Source: the human T2T-CHM13v2.0 reference genome, Homo sapiens
Direction: 5' to 3' (one strand)
DNA length: 64,000 nucleotides
NCBI RefSeq assembly: GCF_009914755.1
Contig: NC_060945.1
The position numbers were made by a program, and so were the translations under genes. The notes beneath the pieces are model-generated. The model made no database searches. It had not been told where the DNA came from and was given only the letters and a program-made list of their open reading frames with translations. Below are positions 15,561-31,304 of the stretch, piece after piece (positions within the stretch are counted from its first letter, which is position 1; each line of letters starts with the position of its first letter).

Positions 15561-17036
15561 TTTTGGCCATGAATGAATGGAATATATTTCCTCTATTATG
15601 TTTCTGTTCATTGTTTGTAAATTTTAAAATACTAACCTTTGTGGTATAGAAATATGTCATAAAAGCTTCAGCAAATCTAATATATTGGATAGATAGCTGA
15701 AATCTGCATATTTCAAATAACTGAATATACAGATATTCTACAAATTGTCTTTAAAATGATTACAACTTATGTTGAAATTGGTGACGAGGCATTTCCAAAT
15801 TAATCTCATAAATAGTATTGTTTAATCATTAATATTTGATAGTTAAACATAATATTCAGAATATATTTCCACAGTAAATTTTGGGACTTAACTAAAGAAA
15901 AAAATTAACACTTATTAACTCGTTCTCTTACCAATTACCATATAAATTGGAGTATTATTCTAAAGTTAATATGGTTTGTCTTTTAAATACAAAGTTGTAT
16001 TATTCCTTCTACATGTTATACTTACATAATCCCAATTTTTATCTAAGGAAAACATTCCCTCAGTTTAAATCTAATTTTATTTTTTTCAAAATTAGACAAA
16101 GATGAGAGTTTAATATCCATGCTTTGTTTTCCAAAAACCTTTAGTTTTGTTGTCTAAAATTAAGAACTCAACAAAGATCTCTTGTAATAATTCAACATAT
16201 TCCCTGGCTATTAACTAATTTCCAAGCCTGAACTGTCAGTAAATGTTGCACATAGCCTGGAATAGTCCATAACATCTGTATTAGCTAATATTCTGTAAAA
16301 CTAAAAAAAAACAATATCCAAGAAATGTAAAAAATAATTATGTTTAAGAATTCTATTAGTGTTTCTGAGATGGTCTTAACTGCATTTCATCTCCTTTGTT
16401 GGTAGACTATTATTTCATCTACTTTTTAAGGATACTTTCATCCAAGTAGAATTAAACTTAATTTTAATTGTGAACTAATCTAATATTGGTTGTATTAAAT
16501 TTAGATATATTGAAAGTTCTAAAACTATGTATGCTTAAGTTAAATTCAATTAGTCTTTATCATTTCATTTTAGTTAGTAAAAATATGTTACACACTGTAA
16601 AGAATGCATAATAATGAGACACAACTTCAGTTTAGAAAATATATTTTTATTTTTATTCTATGTATGTACTGAATAGGGGCTACGACATAAATCTAGCTAG
16701 TCTTATTTTTTTTCCTAAAAAGCAAGCAATTACAACTACTGTTTTAAATAGTGTACACAATTCATGTACCCCTTTCAAGAATATTTTTCTCTTACATTTT
16801 CATTGATGTCATGTATAACGCTTCTGTTTTAAAGTACTTCTGATCATTTAATTGCATTCGTTTTCATCATAGCTTGTTTTCTTGAAAAAAAAGTATGCTA
16901 TAAGTGTATTGTCCTCAGTATCATCTTATTTAAAACCCTCAACATAATATCCAGCACTGTGTGTAATCCTATGCGTGTGTTTCATAGTATATTAAATGTC
17001 ATTTTATTTTCTGTACCTCTGTGTCTCCATTGTTGT

Positions 17037-17042
17037 AATAAA
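17037..17042 (+). terminator. NCAM2: Candidate distal polyadenylation signal (AATAAA) for the GPI isoform
   Basis: AATAAA with nine upstream TGTA motifs (16661-17037) and GT/T-rich downstream elements (tttgttatacgtgttttcttt; ttttttgtccttgtcgagtgttgtc). Confidence 0.55.
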
Positions 17043-19459
17043 GAAAACTGAGGAAAAGCTTTGTTATACGTGTTTTCTTTATTACTGGTACAGCCTTTTT
17101 TGTCCTTGTCGAGTGTTGTCATATCTAACTTGATCAAATTTAATACAAACATTTATTTACTTAGGAGCAGGTAATAAACTTATACTCATTAAGTTACTCA
17201 ATTTTTGGATAACCCATACATCATCAGCAGATTCATAACAATTGTATATTGTAAAAATAATTTCGTGACAATATCAAATATTGTTACTTCCATTGTAAAC
17301 TTGTTCTAGTGTCTTCATAAAAACATCGATCTCTAGTGGGAGGCCAAAATAATCATATATTTCAATAAAACACATGAACATAGTTAACAATTTCAGTAAT
17401 ATAAAGATTGTTAACTAGTCTCCATTGCTAGCAAAAGTCCATAAAGGAAATATAAACACGTAAAGTGATTTTTCTCCAGTTCCTTTGGTCATTTCTTTTG
17501 TTTTGGGCACCAAATGAATAAAGTTGCAGAAATTGATTAACATTCTGTGCTTATCCACTGCAAAGGTATGAAACACAAATAGTAAGTTGAAATTTTGGAA
17601 TAATACTATAAGTAATATAAAAATTATTTAATTAGCTTTTATAGTGTAAAAATAATTTTTGACATAGATATAAACAGAAAAGTCATATTTTTCTTTTAGA
17701 GCAAAATGTTACATTGCCTGATAAATATGAAATGATGCCAAAATTCAAAAGAGAAAATGTTCATTTTCAGGATTTTGGATTGTTTTGGAGCATATTTAAT
17801 TTCTCTTATTCCATGACAGTCCAGTCCAAAATGTATATTTTAATATATACATTATTATACACCTTTTGAAACATGCTTGTGTATATTTCAAAATGAAAAT
17901 TTTAATGCATTTATAAGTCTTATATATTGTAATACTTATACTTCTTTTAAATGATACAATAGTTATAGTAGTTTGAAACATACACCAGAACAGTTATTTC
18001 TTTTTATTATTTTTGTTTTTATTTTTCCTGAATCCCCTTGATAATAGGATGATATCAAATGGAGGGTATCTTGGAATTCTTAGGAATTTGTATGATTACT
18101 GTTGTAGTAAATATATATTACTTTATTAATTTTTTATTGTTCTACTATTCTGGGCCATTGTGAAGAAACTAAAGAGATTTGAGAAAATCTGAAGCTATTA
18201 TAACCAAACTCTATTATTTTATTATATCAACAAACTGAGGATCAGAAAAACCAAATAGTCATTGATATAGTCAAGCAACTTTGATTCTCAGTTTTCCTCC
18301 TATCTTTGTTGTATTACACTAAATCAAAGTTGGTACAAGTAAATTTCTGACCTATAAGTTATATGGTCATATGTCTTAGGTCTAGTTCCTTTGCTATTTT
18401 CTTGATTGGCCTGTGGAGAACAACAACAAAAAATCCCTATGTGTCAGAGGAAAGGCTATGTGTACAACAACCACGGTTTCATCCATTAATCACAGTATTT
18501 CTATTAGTCAGCTTTTATCTTTCTCACTCAAACTTTTACATATAGCTGCTTCCCTATGACCAAGGTAAGTAAGCACACATTAAGTTTATGGTTTTAAATG
18601 AATATCAAATTAAATTTTCATCACTTTCTTGTTTTTTACACATATTTTGATAACACCTTACTAAATTACTTATTTGCATTGTTGGTAGAGATAGGTAATT
18701 TTTAATTAATATATTTTTATTTACTGTCCACTAAAAGTAAGATATTTTCATCTCAATATGCATCCTTTTTATTTTAAGAATTCAAAGTAAATAGTTTCAA
18801 CACTTACAATTTGCATAGCAGCTATGTGTTTGCTTCTCTACTGATTTCTTATTTAATATTACAAAGAGAAACAAAATGTTAAAAACAAGTATTCAAGATA
18901 GAGGACTTTATTTTTTCTGTTTAAATGTGGTTAAATAAAAAATAAATTATCTTCAAATTGGCATTTCTGTTTTAAAGAATCCATGAATAACACACCTAAA
19001 TTTTACTATTGTTTCTAGAATATAATTTCACAATAGCTGAATGGGATATACTTGTATGTAATGTGAAGTGCAAACTACCCTTGGCTCTTGAAAAACATCC
19101 TATTTCTTAGTGCATGTTGGCAGAAAACATTAAAATTTGTATGGAATTTTTATATAATAGCCTGTGACTCACGGTCCTGTCAAATGGCTCAGTCGTGAAA
19201 GAAAGTTTAAGTGAACAGGGAAAAATATTTATCTAAAATAGGATGTGGTATGGTTCACTGCTGAATTCTATTACATAAAAACAGGAAGCTAAAACCTTTT
19301 AAAGCATCTATATGTGTTACTCCTCACTTAATATGTGGAGTTTTTTTATTTGTTAAAGGACAGAAAAGTAAAAGTTGTTTTTATAGGAGATAATCAATCT
19401 AGGCATAGTAGCCCTTTCCATGCAGGTAATAGAGATATCACCATTGCATGTTTTCCCTT

Positions 19460-19975
19460 TTAAATAGACTTTAGTTTTTCAAATACTTTTAGATTTACAC
19501 CAAGATTGAATGGAAACTAAAGAGGGCTCCCATATACCATCTACCCCAGTCAGGCACAACCTTCCTGATAATGAATATCTAACACCCAAGTGGTACCTTT
19601 GTTACACTTGATGAACCCACAGTGGCACATTGTAATCACCCAAAGTTTACAGTTTACATTACGGTGCATACTTGGTGTTGTACATTTTATGGATTTGGAT
19701 AAATTAATAATGACCTGTATCCACCATTTTGGTACCATACATAATAAATTCACTGTCCTAAAAATCCTCTGTGTCCTAAAAATCCTCTCTTCCTCCCTCC
19801 TTTCTCCACTAGTTCCTGGCAATCACTGACCTTTTTACTATTTCCTAGGTTTGCCGTTTCCAGAATGTCACTTGGTCGCAATTTTACATTATGTAGCCTT
19901 TGCAAATTGATTTCTTTCAATTAGCAACATGCATTCAAGGTTTCTACGTGTCTTTTTATAATTTGATAGCTGGTA
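19460..19975 (-). mobile_element. L1MC 3' end fragment
   Basis: Reverse complement of the same 3'UTR type seen at 54300-54600 (gtggtacctttgttacacttgatgaaccc...ggtgttgtacatt). Confidence 0.8.
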
Positions 19976-22140
19976 GCATAAAATGTCTTCAGTCAGATGC
20001 ATTATATAATAATAGACGTTTATAAACCCTACATGCTTAAAATATGTAGTTTTAATAATGTAGAATTGATGTTTTTGTATAACTCTAAGCAGAAATTGAA
20101 ATATCTAAGATAGAATGCAGTGAGTATCTAAAACTGAAAACTTTAAACATCTTAATAAATTACCATAGATTCCAAGAAAAATAATAATACGTATCTTCTG
20201 TGTATTTGCTCACATTTTTCATTTATTCTGTTACATGTTTAGAAAACGCAGAAGTTTTATAAATAGTTAGGAATTTTATATTGGAGAAAATTAAACAGTT
20301 TGGACTTTCGAAAACAAATTATAAAATATGAACTGAAGTATAATCATATAGAGATATGTTTCAATTTTGTAATATAGTCTAGGAAAATAATTTTGTTTGT
20401 ACAATGAAAATATATTTTTCATTTTCTATATATGGAGCAGCCTTTCAATGTTGACAGAAAAATAAAATTGGTCAGGTGGGGGCTTAAACAAAGAACTAAA
20501 AATAAAATTATTCAGTTCTTTTACACTGGCTAATACATATTTGGGTCATATTCATGCAAATCTTTGAAGCTGCCTTTTCTACTAATCAATACAAACACTA
20601 GTTGTTTTATAGCAAACAAACTGCATCCATCAAAGTCAACCAGAAATATAACCAAATTTAAACAGTATTTGGAAAAGTTTAGAGTTAGTAAGATAATAGC
20701 AAACATCAAAAGAAGAGGTTCAACTGGATAGTTAAAGAACACAAAAGATATTTTATATGTGCCAAAATGATCTCAGTTCCAACATACATAATAATGTGAA
20801 ATGTCAGTGTAGATAAGATAATAGATATTTTGTTGTGCAAAGACTTCAGATATTTTATGATTTTTCATGGTTTACAGTTGTACCACATTTATTAAAAGGA
20901 TATTTTAAAATATTTATTTTTAAAATTTTTAGTACTTTGTGATATTTATCACAAAAGAGCTGTTATGTATGAATTTGTTTTTAGCCAATTTTTTTTCAAA
21001 ATAAGCACAGCTCAGTTTCTTTCTTTTTCTTATGTTAAAATCAGTTACTTTAAAGGATAACAAGAATTTGACAAGTTCTCATCAACATTTCTATACAAGC
21101 ATAATAAACTTCTATTTTAGTGGTTCACTTTTTACACAAGATTGTTCTAAAAGGATAGCTAAAACTATAAGAGGGATTGTGTAGATATTTTAAAAAGCAG
21201 GGCGGCCATGGGGGGCTACTTAAAATTCCATTCCAAATAAATATATAGAGAATAGTTATACATAAATATAAACGTATATATTATACAATTTCATAGTATT
21301 TTATCTTATTTAGTTTCTATTTTTAAAATATACCAATAGACTTTAATTATGTAATTTTAATTCAACAACTAATCATATATAAGGGGCTGAGTCTATTTAA
21401 TTCTTCACCTTTTCAATCCAAACATTATCCAAGGAGTTCTCATTCTTATATGGTGTGTGGAAATGGGCATGGAATAGGAGAGAAGGAGAGAGGGAAGACT
21501 GGACAGACATTTAATAGCCATTACCATAGCCCAGGCCGCCTCTAGCTCTTTCCAAACCATTGTGACGATTCTGCTTCCCTCCAATGACTCCCTACCATCT
21601 TTTGGAAAATGATCACAATTTCTAGTTTGTTTTTGGTGCTGTTTGTCAATTTTGATTTGGTTGATCTATTTATTTGTTACTGAATTCACTTGCAAGCTCC
21701 ATCCTCTTTAACAGCATCCTTCACCACTAAAATTCCAATGCCCACCAATCACCTCTAATATCCATGTATGTTTTCTAATGTCAGAATCACACACAGTTTC
21801 ATACATCTTTTTTTATTCAAGCCATGTTCAGATTAAAATGGACTCCTTACGTCAAATGGGAACCTGATTCTTATTTTCGAAAACCATCTCAAACATTATT
21901 TTCTTTATTATGTTTCCTTGACCATTGGTCACTAATTTATATGCTTCTCCCTCCTATTTGCTAACCTCACATTATTTTTTTTGCCAAGAGGTAAACAATA
22001 AATTACACTGCATATTAATTTCTAAATGATGTATCTTACTCTTCCCAATACATTACCCAGTGTATGTGTGTGTGTATATATATATGAAATATATATATAA
22101 TATATAAAATATATATATGAAAACATGCCCTTTAACAAAG

Positions 22141-23445
22141 TACAGCACAATGATGAACATATGAGTGCACGTGTCTTTTGGGTGGAATGATTTATATCTT
22201 TCAGGTAGATACCTGGTAATTGGATTACTGGGTCAAATGGTAGTTCTGTTTTAAGTTATTTGGGAAATCTCCAGACTGCTTTCCTCAGTGGCTGGACTAA
22301 GTTGCATTCCCATCAACAATGTATAAGCATTTTCTTTTCTCTACGGCCTCACCGGCATCTGTTGTTTTTTGACTTTTTAAAATGATTATTCTCATTGGTG
22401 CGAGATACTATCTCATTGTGGTTTTGATTTACATTTTTGATGATTAATGATGCTAAGCATTTTTTCATATGTTTAATAGCCACTTGTATATCTTCTTTTT
22501 GAGAAGCGTCTGTCCATGTCCTTTGCGTATTCTTTAATGAGATTATTCATTTATTGCTGGTTGATTTAAGTTCCCCATAGATTCTGGATAATAGACCTTT
22601 GTAGGATGCGTTGTTCGTGAATATTTTCCCCCGTTCTGTAGATTTTCTCTTTGCCCTGTTGATCATTTATTTTGCTATACAGAAGCTCTTTAGTTGAATT
22701 AGGTCCCACTTGTCTATTTTTTGTTTTGTTGCTATTTCATTTGGAGATTTAGCCAAAAATCCCTTGCCAAGGCCAATGTCAAGAAGAATATTTCTTAGGT
22801 TGTCGTCCAGGATTTTTATAGTCTGAGGCCTTATATTTAAGTTTTTAATCCATCCCGAGTTAAGTTTTGTATATGGTGAAAGGTAGGGATCCAGATAAAA
22901 TCTTCTGCATTGGGCTAGCCAGTTATCCCAGCATCATATACTGAATAGAGAGTTATTTCCCCCTTACCTTGTTGTAGGTGAGGTGGTTGTAGGTGTGTGG
23001 CATTACTTTGGGTTTTCTGTTCTGTCTAAGAGCATTCAAGCCAGGTGCCTATCAGTGGTAGATTGTATAAAGAAAATGTGGCACATCTGCACCATCCAAT
23101 TCTACACAGCCATAAAAAAAATGACATCATGTCCTTTGCAGCAACATAGATAGAGCGGGAGGCCATAGTCCTAAGCAAATTAACTCAGCAACAGAAAACA
23201 AAATATCACATGTTCTCACTTATAACTGGGAGCTAAGTATTGAGCACACATGGACATAAATATGGGGACAACAGACACTGTGGACTACTAGAGGATGGGG
23301 TGTGGGTTAAAAAACTACCAATCAATCAAGCTGTGTGCTCGCTATCAGGGTGATATGACTTCCAAACCTCAGCATCATGCATTTCCGCATGTAAGAAATC
23401 TGCACATATACCCCCTACATCAAAAATAAAAGTTGAAATTCTAAA
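22141..23445 (+). mobile_element. L1PB-type element with 5' inversion (inverted 22141-~23028, forward 3' end ~23029-23445)
   Basis: Minus-strand ORF2 3' sequence followed by plus-strand L1 3' end (aaagaaaatgtgg...atgttctcacttata...ataaaagttgaaatt). Confidence 0.85.
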
Positions 23446-24533
23446 AGGTATACAGTTTTACAATTATAAATGCCATTCCTATAATCTACTTGTTTATAGT
23501 TCCCCCATTTTTAACCAAATATTCTCAATTAGCTACTTTTTCTTGCCCTGAATCAGATATTAAGAAAAAGCAAATAAAAGGATATGGTTATCGGTGCTAC
23601 CTTTTTACTGTTCCGAATCCCTGATAAGCTTCCTAGGATTTTGAAGTGATTTGAAGGAAAATTTTGGATTGCCACTGAGTTTATTTACAAAACAATTATT
23701 TATACGTGTAACAACATTTTGACAAAACATTTAAAATCATTAGAGAATGGAGACTCAGTACTGAAGAATAAGTGTTGGGAAATACATACATCTACCCCCT
23801 AAAGAATAAGCATTCTGGGAAAAGAAATTCGGTAGTAAGTAATAAAATGTCTACATCAAGACTGTTCAGCAAAGTACACATAAAATGGTACATTAAAACG
23901 ACCTTATTGAAAGTTACCAAAAATAGCCTGAGGATGTAAAACATATATAAATAAGCATTAGCCTTTTTTTATTTATTTAAGTAATGTTGAAAATTGTTGA
24001 TGAATTTTACTCAGAATTTTTAAAACCTAAAGTTTTCAAATTCCCCAAATAATATGTGGATGCTGTAAATAGTATTGTAAGGGACTAAAAGAGCTGGAAA
24101 TTATGTAAAATGATTTTACACAATCTACATCAGTGTATTAATGTCCAGTATAAACTTTTATAATTTATTTATAGATCTAAAAAGAGTTCCAATGAACTCA
24201 TTATATACGTATGTGAAAATAGAGCAAATAACTTGTGTGTGATTCTAAAAATTAAAAATCCCTCCAACTGGCCACACACAATCCATAAGCTGGTGTAATT
24301 TCATCAAATTAAGTGCTGTATTCCTGATTATAATTTAATTTTGATTTTTAATGTTTTTAAGCATTATTATTTTTAATATTCCAAAACTCATTTCATAGAA
24401 TTTATCTCTTAAAAAGACACTCTTTGCAGTTTTCTCTTCATAGATAACAATGCTTTTTTCACAGCCATCACAGACATTACTAGCATTACATACTTTTTCT
24501 TTTCAAATTATTCATTGAAAATTACAGGAGATT

Positions 24534-24618
24534 ACATGTTGTACCCATACAGCTCTCATTCAATTATTTCTGTAACACATGTTGTACCCATACAGCTCTC
24601 ATTCAATTATTTCTGTAA
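24534..24618 (+). repeat. Perfect tandem duplication (43-bp period)
   Basis: acatgttgtacccatacagctctcattcaattatttctgtaa occurs twice. Confidence 0.95.
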
Positions 24619-25321
24619 GCAGTTTTATATATGATGACTGCGAACTTGAGTGAACTTAAAAAAGTTGCCAATAAGTGCATTTTGTCAGGGAGCTGAAAGA
24701 TGTAATGCCTTTTTATAATCTCATAAATACTCTGAGCTGTCCAGAGGGAGCCGAGACATACCAGAGTAAAAGATTAGAACACAAAAGAAGTACAGTATTT
24801 TTTTTGGGGAGGTGATTTTGATTCACTTTGTAACAATCTTTTAAAAGTTATAATTTTATGTTTTATTACAATGAAGATGAATTGATCTAAAATATTGGAC
24901 AAAATAATAATACAATAAATATGTTAATGATCACAAAAACGTAATAATGTACTAGGGGGCAAAATGAATTATAGAAGAAGAGAATGCCTCCCAAAATCCA
25001 GTATCTCCTTATCTCAAAACTGAGCAAAAGCCAAAGTCATATATGAGTGACAGTAAGAGCATTAGTAAATTATATGGACTTCCTCCATCTTCACATGAGT
25101 TTTAAAAAGATGAAGAAAAATTTTATAGTGTCAATTAGGAATATAGCAATGACCAAAACCAAAATTTACTAGCTAAGAAGTGAAGAAATAAAAAAGGAAT
25201 AATATTAAAATTTTTAAAAACTTGTTGATTCTGGCCACAGTAAAATGCGTAGCTAAAAGTAGAAGAATGGAAATGATCTGAAGCCTTAAGCCTTAATGAA
25301 GATAACATATTAAACAAATAA

Positions 25322-25622
<301 letters not shown>

Positions 25623-28600
25623 AATAACAATAAATTTTAAAACAAAATGTTTGTACTTGCTAAAATCTAGGAAGGTTTTGTATAAAAGTGGAGAAGTTCT
25701 AGTTTAAAAAAAAATACTGCTATAAGCAACAAGTAACAAGAAGCTACTCTAAACTGAATGTTTTTAAAATAATAGATTTAACAAATGAAATAATAACATA
25801 TGTATATAATGACTTGGAATTCCCAAAGTACTTTCTTGCTTGAGCCTAAAAGAGCATTTTCATTAAGATAACTAGATATGTATATCACCATTTTACCAAC
25901 AATGAAACTGGGAATGAAACAACAATATTATTTAGATATTTCCAATTGTATTATATGGACCACAAAATGGGTGAAAAATATAATTCACTCTGAAGATATA
26001 AAATGTTAGAATTTCCAAGTGCATTTATATCAACTCATCTTTTTATTTTTCTGTTTTATAATGTGCATTACATATTTCAATATATATTATAAAATACTAC
26101 CTGTTTATAATTTAAAATAAAAACACCCATCTTGGAAGTGGATACTCAGCTCTTCTCTAGATATATACAGGAAACAATTTTAAAAGTTTTCTAGAAGGAA
26201 GGAAGAATATAAAATTCAATCATGGTTGCTGTTGAGTGTGCTGTTTATTTTTTTAAATTTTGAATGAATGTCAAATGATATTTTTAATCATCCTTGCTAA
26301 TGAAATTTGCCATGATTTTTCTCTTTTTTCTCTAATTGATACAATTAAAGGAGTATTGACTAAACATTGGAAACCTCAAAAGTACAAACACTTCTTTCAA
26401 ATAAGGAGTTTTAATGTGAATTAAAATTGAATAAATCTATCCATTTAGGGATGCACTACAGGTAGCAAAAATGCAAGAGGCCCCACCTGGTGTGATGCAG
26501 AAGAAAAACCTGTTCAGAGAAATGGAAATAGTGTTACATTGTGCTCGGATTGCTAGTATCAGTGGTTCCATATAAAATTCAGTGAATTTTATAACTTGCG
26601 TAAATCAAAATTTTCATTTTCCTTTTTTTCTACCTGTAATTACAACACATGCAAATGCGATCTGAAAGTCATGTTCTTTCAAATATATAAAGATAAATAT
26701 TTTGGAATAATTTTTTTCTTACCACCCACAAATATATAAAGAAAACATTTATACATATATTTCTAATTATCTATGTAGTTTAACTGAGAGAAGTCTATCA
26801 AAGTCCAAACATGAATCTTAACTCATTTAAACTATTTGGTAAGTAAGTTTGTGATTAACATGTAAGGTCTTCCCTGTAGAAGATAGGAAGTTTTGTTAAT
26901 ATAAGACATCTCTCTTCACAACTCCATAATGTTGAAGAGTACTATTTTATTTCGTGACAAGTGGCTTCTGTTAAGAAATGTAAAGGATGCTGTTTGGTTT
27001 TATACTGGAAGAACATTATGAATACAGTTTATTCTCAATATCCCCACCATTTTTAAAGCCGTGAGCATTTAATTTTAAAAAAATTATTTTTGAACACTAT
27101 TTTGCTCACCTAGTCTAGTATCTGCTTTGATTGATTCTTTCTACATTCTGCTACACATTGACTCTTTGAACTACATTTTACTCTTTGTATATTCAAGGGA
27201 ATTCTATGGAAAATGCCACAAAACAAACATTTAATTCATCAATTTAATATAATATCCAGGTTTATAAGGAATAGGTAATCTTGGTAGACTGCTTGCCTAA
27301 CATAACACAACAAGAAGCGTTGTATAAATCTCAGAAATGTTAATTGGTTTTTAAATTAGTGCAATGCATTTTTCTTTAAAACTATGTATTATCTCAGAAT
27401 GTGTCTTCCATAACGCAAAATTTTGCCATAATGTTAACTATTACCAGTATGCCCTTGTTAATGTAAATATCATATCCATTAGCTCCTTTGTCGTGTCTTT
27501 TGTAATTCAATGGATGAAATTATATAAGGGAATTTATAATGCTCCCTAAGTAAATATGGACTTGAAGTATAATATTTCTAAAGAGTTATGTTAATTTTAT
27601 TAATTCTATTTTAGTACATTTTAGGCAACCCTTCTGGTTCTGCACTATTTTATTAGACAGTCAATCAATGTTTATGAAGCATACATGGATTAATGTTCCT
27701 TTTTTTTTTTTTGCTATGTAGCTGCAGAAGTCTTTAGACTATCCAGATGTTTGACTTCTTAAGTAGCTGTCAATTCTGACCTAGATGGAGCCCTGCTGCA
27801 GAAAGATGCCTACTCCACCTTTCTCCACACCAGAAATGCAATCAAAACAAGACTAATTGACTGTGTTCTTGTAATTTTTGAGAAATTGCCCTTTAAGTTT
27901 CAGTATACCAAATTCAAATATTAAAAATTACAATCATAGTTTTACTTCAGTAATTTACAAAGCCATTCAAATCCAAATCAGCAATATTTTAAGAAGTATC
28001 CCTGTGAAGTCCAACACTGATAATACATTTCCCAGAAATTGGTAAATAAGAGTAATTAGATACCTTCCAAATTTTTAAAAAGTCTCTATCCCCTGGAGGA
28101 AACATTTCTACTGACTAAAGTATTTTGCGAGAAAAATTTTGCCTAGTTGTTTTGCTTGACTATATTAAGTAAATTTAATGTTTTCAACATTTTGACACTT
28201 TATATTAAGTATTTCTCAAACCATTTTGAATAGAAGTTAGTGAAACTTTAGACTATACTCATGCCTCTCAAAGAAGATACTTTTGGGGTATGTTTTACAA
28301 TGGATAATTTCTAAAAATATTTTTTGAAACTCTAAAGAACAGTTATTAATTCTCTCAATTTTCTATCCATGTATCAAATTTATTTAATTGTAGGATTAAC
28401 TCTGCACTATTTAAATGATTCAAATTTGAGGTAATTTTGAAGAGTATGTTTTAAAATATTCTTAACTTAATTTCACTTCATAAGATTCCACAAAAGTATT
28501 GTTGAATTCATGTCTATTGACCTTAATCTACAAAGCAAACTAAAACATCCCCCATGATTAGATATCACCAGGTAGAATTTCAAGTTGCAGGGGATTTTTT

Positions 28601-29189
28601 AATCTTCTTTAGTTTTTCCTCATATACATGTATGTATTTGCTATAGACTTAGGCCAAAATTTTCCAAATATCATTTGATGTTAGGGAGTATATTGTACTA
28701 CGAAGGACGAAGTAAGAACATATAATTAAGAGTCATGTAGACTTATCACCAATGTGGAAAGATACCGTACGTAGTAATATCATCAACACCAATCAGAGTT
28801 ATTTAATGTCTTCTCTTTTCATATGCTTAACCTACTTGCCTGCTGCATCCAACAATATCTCTTATGAAAATAGCTACCAGTATTCTGGAAACAGCAACCA
28901 ATCACCATCTTAGGACTCTGACTTTTTTCTCCATGTCTTTATTGCAGCTTTCCACGTCCTGAAATTAATTTTCAGTCTACCTGGAGAAGATGATACATGC
29001 ACATAGAAAAAAGTTAAATAAAACATTGAACTATATAAGGAGTCAAAAAGCATGGCTAGTTTTATGAATCTAATAGTGCAGTGGTTTTTGAAAAGCTAGT
29101 ATTATCAAATATAATACATTTCATGGACAAATATTTTAATATTGCAGTTGGGATTTAATTTATACAACAGAAACATGAAAAGACGCATA

Positions 29190-29719
29190 CAATAGTCCCT
29201 GCTTTAGCCAGAGATACATTCCAAAACTCTCAGTGGATGCCTGAAACCTTTGATCGTACTTAACCCTACATATACAGATTTTCCTCTACGTACATACCTA
29301 TGATAAACTTTAATTTACAAGTTAGGCACAGTAAGTTAACAATAATATCTGTTATTAAAATAGAACAATTACAACAATTTTCCAGCATCGCTAATCTTGT
29401 GTATAAGGGCCATTATTAAGTAAAATAAGGGTTATTGAACATGAACGCTTTGAGACTGACAATAGAGGGCTGAAACAGCTCCTAAGTAACTAAGAGGTGG
29501 GTAGTGTAGATAACATAGACATGCTGGATAAAGGGATGATTTGTGTCCCTGTCACAACAGAGAGGAATAGCAAGATATTTCATCGCACTACTCAGAATGG
29601 CCTCAAATTCAAAATTTATGAATTGTATACTTAAATTTTCCATTTGATATTTTTGGACCACAGTTGACTATAGATAACCGAAACTGCAGAATGCAAAACT
29701 GGATGAGGAGGGACTACTG
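29190..29719 (+). mobile_element. MER44/Tigger7-derived non-autonomous DNA transposon
   Basis: TA-flanked terminal inverted repeats CAATAGTCCCT... and ...AGGGACTACTG; internal cagtggatgcctgaaacc. Confidence 0.85.
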
Positions 29720-30319
29720 TATATAAGACATTTGAATGAAGCTTGGATTCTCATACTTTAATACTTTGATTTTATGTTTGGCTGAAAATTTGAATGCAAT
29801 TACAAGAAGATATGGGGAAACAGATTTAGAAAGTCAATTTCCAAATTTCATGGGGTTAGAGAAAATGCAGCTCAGAGGGAAACTGATTCTCACAGTTGCT
29901 TTTAATAGTAAAATATAAACCAAATATATTTTTAACTTTTTATATTCTAAATTATTTATTCTTATTCAATTATGAAGCCCATTTTTCATAACAGCAATAC
30001 AAAATGATCATTAAAGAGGAAGCTTAAAGCAGAAATATAAGTTAGATAAATAATTTACATTGATGTTTTTCATTTAAATAGTTGTTAAATAGTTGTACCT
30101 CCAAATAATATTAAAGGTATATGGATATTGACATTTTTCTATAAGAATAATACATATTTTAATGTATTTGCTGTATTGCTGTACTGTATTTTATCCATAT
30201 CTTTTCATTACTCGTTGGTGAATATCCAAGATAAAATGTTGACTCTAACACAAGTATAAAAAGTATACAACCTGGAGTTAATTAGTGATTCACGTGTACA
30301 GTTCTCATTTTAGGGGTTA

Positions 30320-30450
30320 GTATGTGACTTAGGCCAATGACCTCTCTGGATCTCAGTTTTCTTTTATGTAAATTAGAACTGATAATATTGTTTTCCTACC
30401 TTATAAAGTTACCATAAAATTTACACCATAAGTCGTAAGTGTAAGTATTC
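30320..30450 (+). mobile_element. MIR SINE core
   Basis: tgtgacttaggccaatgacctctctggatctcagttttcttttatgtaaa. Confidence 0.6.
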
Positions 30451-30879
30451 TGATGATCTTAAAAAATAAAAAATGGATTTACAATTATTTAAATTATTAC
30501 TTATGCTCAGGTTTGATTTCCTAAGTAATAAAACCATGATTAACTAATAAAAATGAATGTTCTGGATGTTATTGTGAAAATACATCATTAGTAGTGCCCG
30601 AATCTTAATGATGTCATTTCATATGTGCTTATGGTTTTATTTGTGAAACGTCCAGAGTACAAATAGTGGACTTTTTATGCCAGAGTAAATTGGTGAGAGA
30701 AAATAATTAAAATACTTAACTTTTATAGTTGTAACAGCCTAACCTCATGAGATATGAGAAAGTATAAGCATTTAAATACATCCTCAAGGTGACATTTAAT
30801 ATATATATAATATGTATATACATACATAGAACATAACTTTCAAAAGACAAAACTTATAAACTTATTATTTTTCAATTTT

Positions 30880-31110
30880 AATTTTTTTTCAGAGAATAGT
30901 ACATTTGTATATTTGTGGGGTACATGACAACTTTTGATACAGGCATACAATGTGTAATAATCAAATTAGGGAAAATGGTGTATCCATCACCTCAAGCATT
31001 TATCTTTCGTGTTACAAATAATCCAATTATACTTTTAGTTATTTTTAAATGTATAATTATTATTGACTATAGTCATCCTGTTGTGCTATTAAATACCTGA
31101 TCTTATTCTA
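30880..31110 (-). mobile_element. L1MA 3' end fragment
   Basis: ggggtacatgacaacttttgatacaggcatacaatgtgtaataatc...catcacctcaagcatttatc. Confidence 0.8.
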
Positions 31111-31304
31111 TTTTTAACACAAACCTATTTGAAGTTCACTTCTATCCTCTGCAATGACAAAAAGATACTTATTTTTTCATAAAAATAACTTCAAGCAACC
31201 TACGATTGTAATAAGTTTATAAAGTTAATTTTCTATATATAGAAAAAAGTACTAGCTATTAGTATTTTAGCAATTCTTCACCATAATAAAATAGGGCTCC
31301 TATA

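Noticed and set aside
27699-27870. T-run followed by tandem TAG/CAG acceptors, a possible cryptic exon
   Set aside because: No convincing donor or compatible reading frame identified
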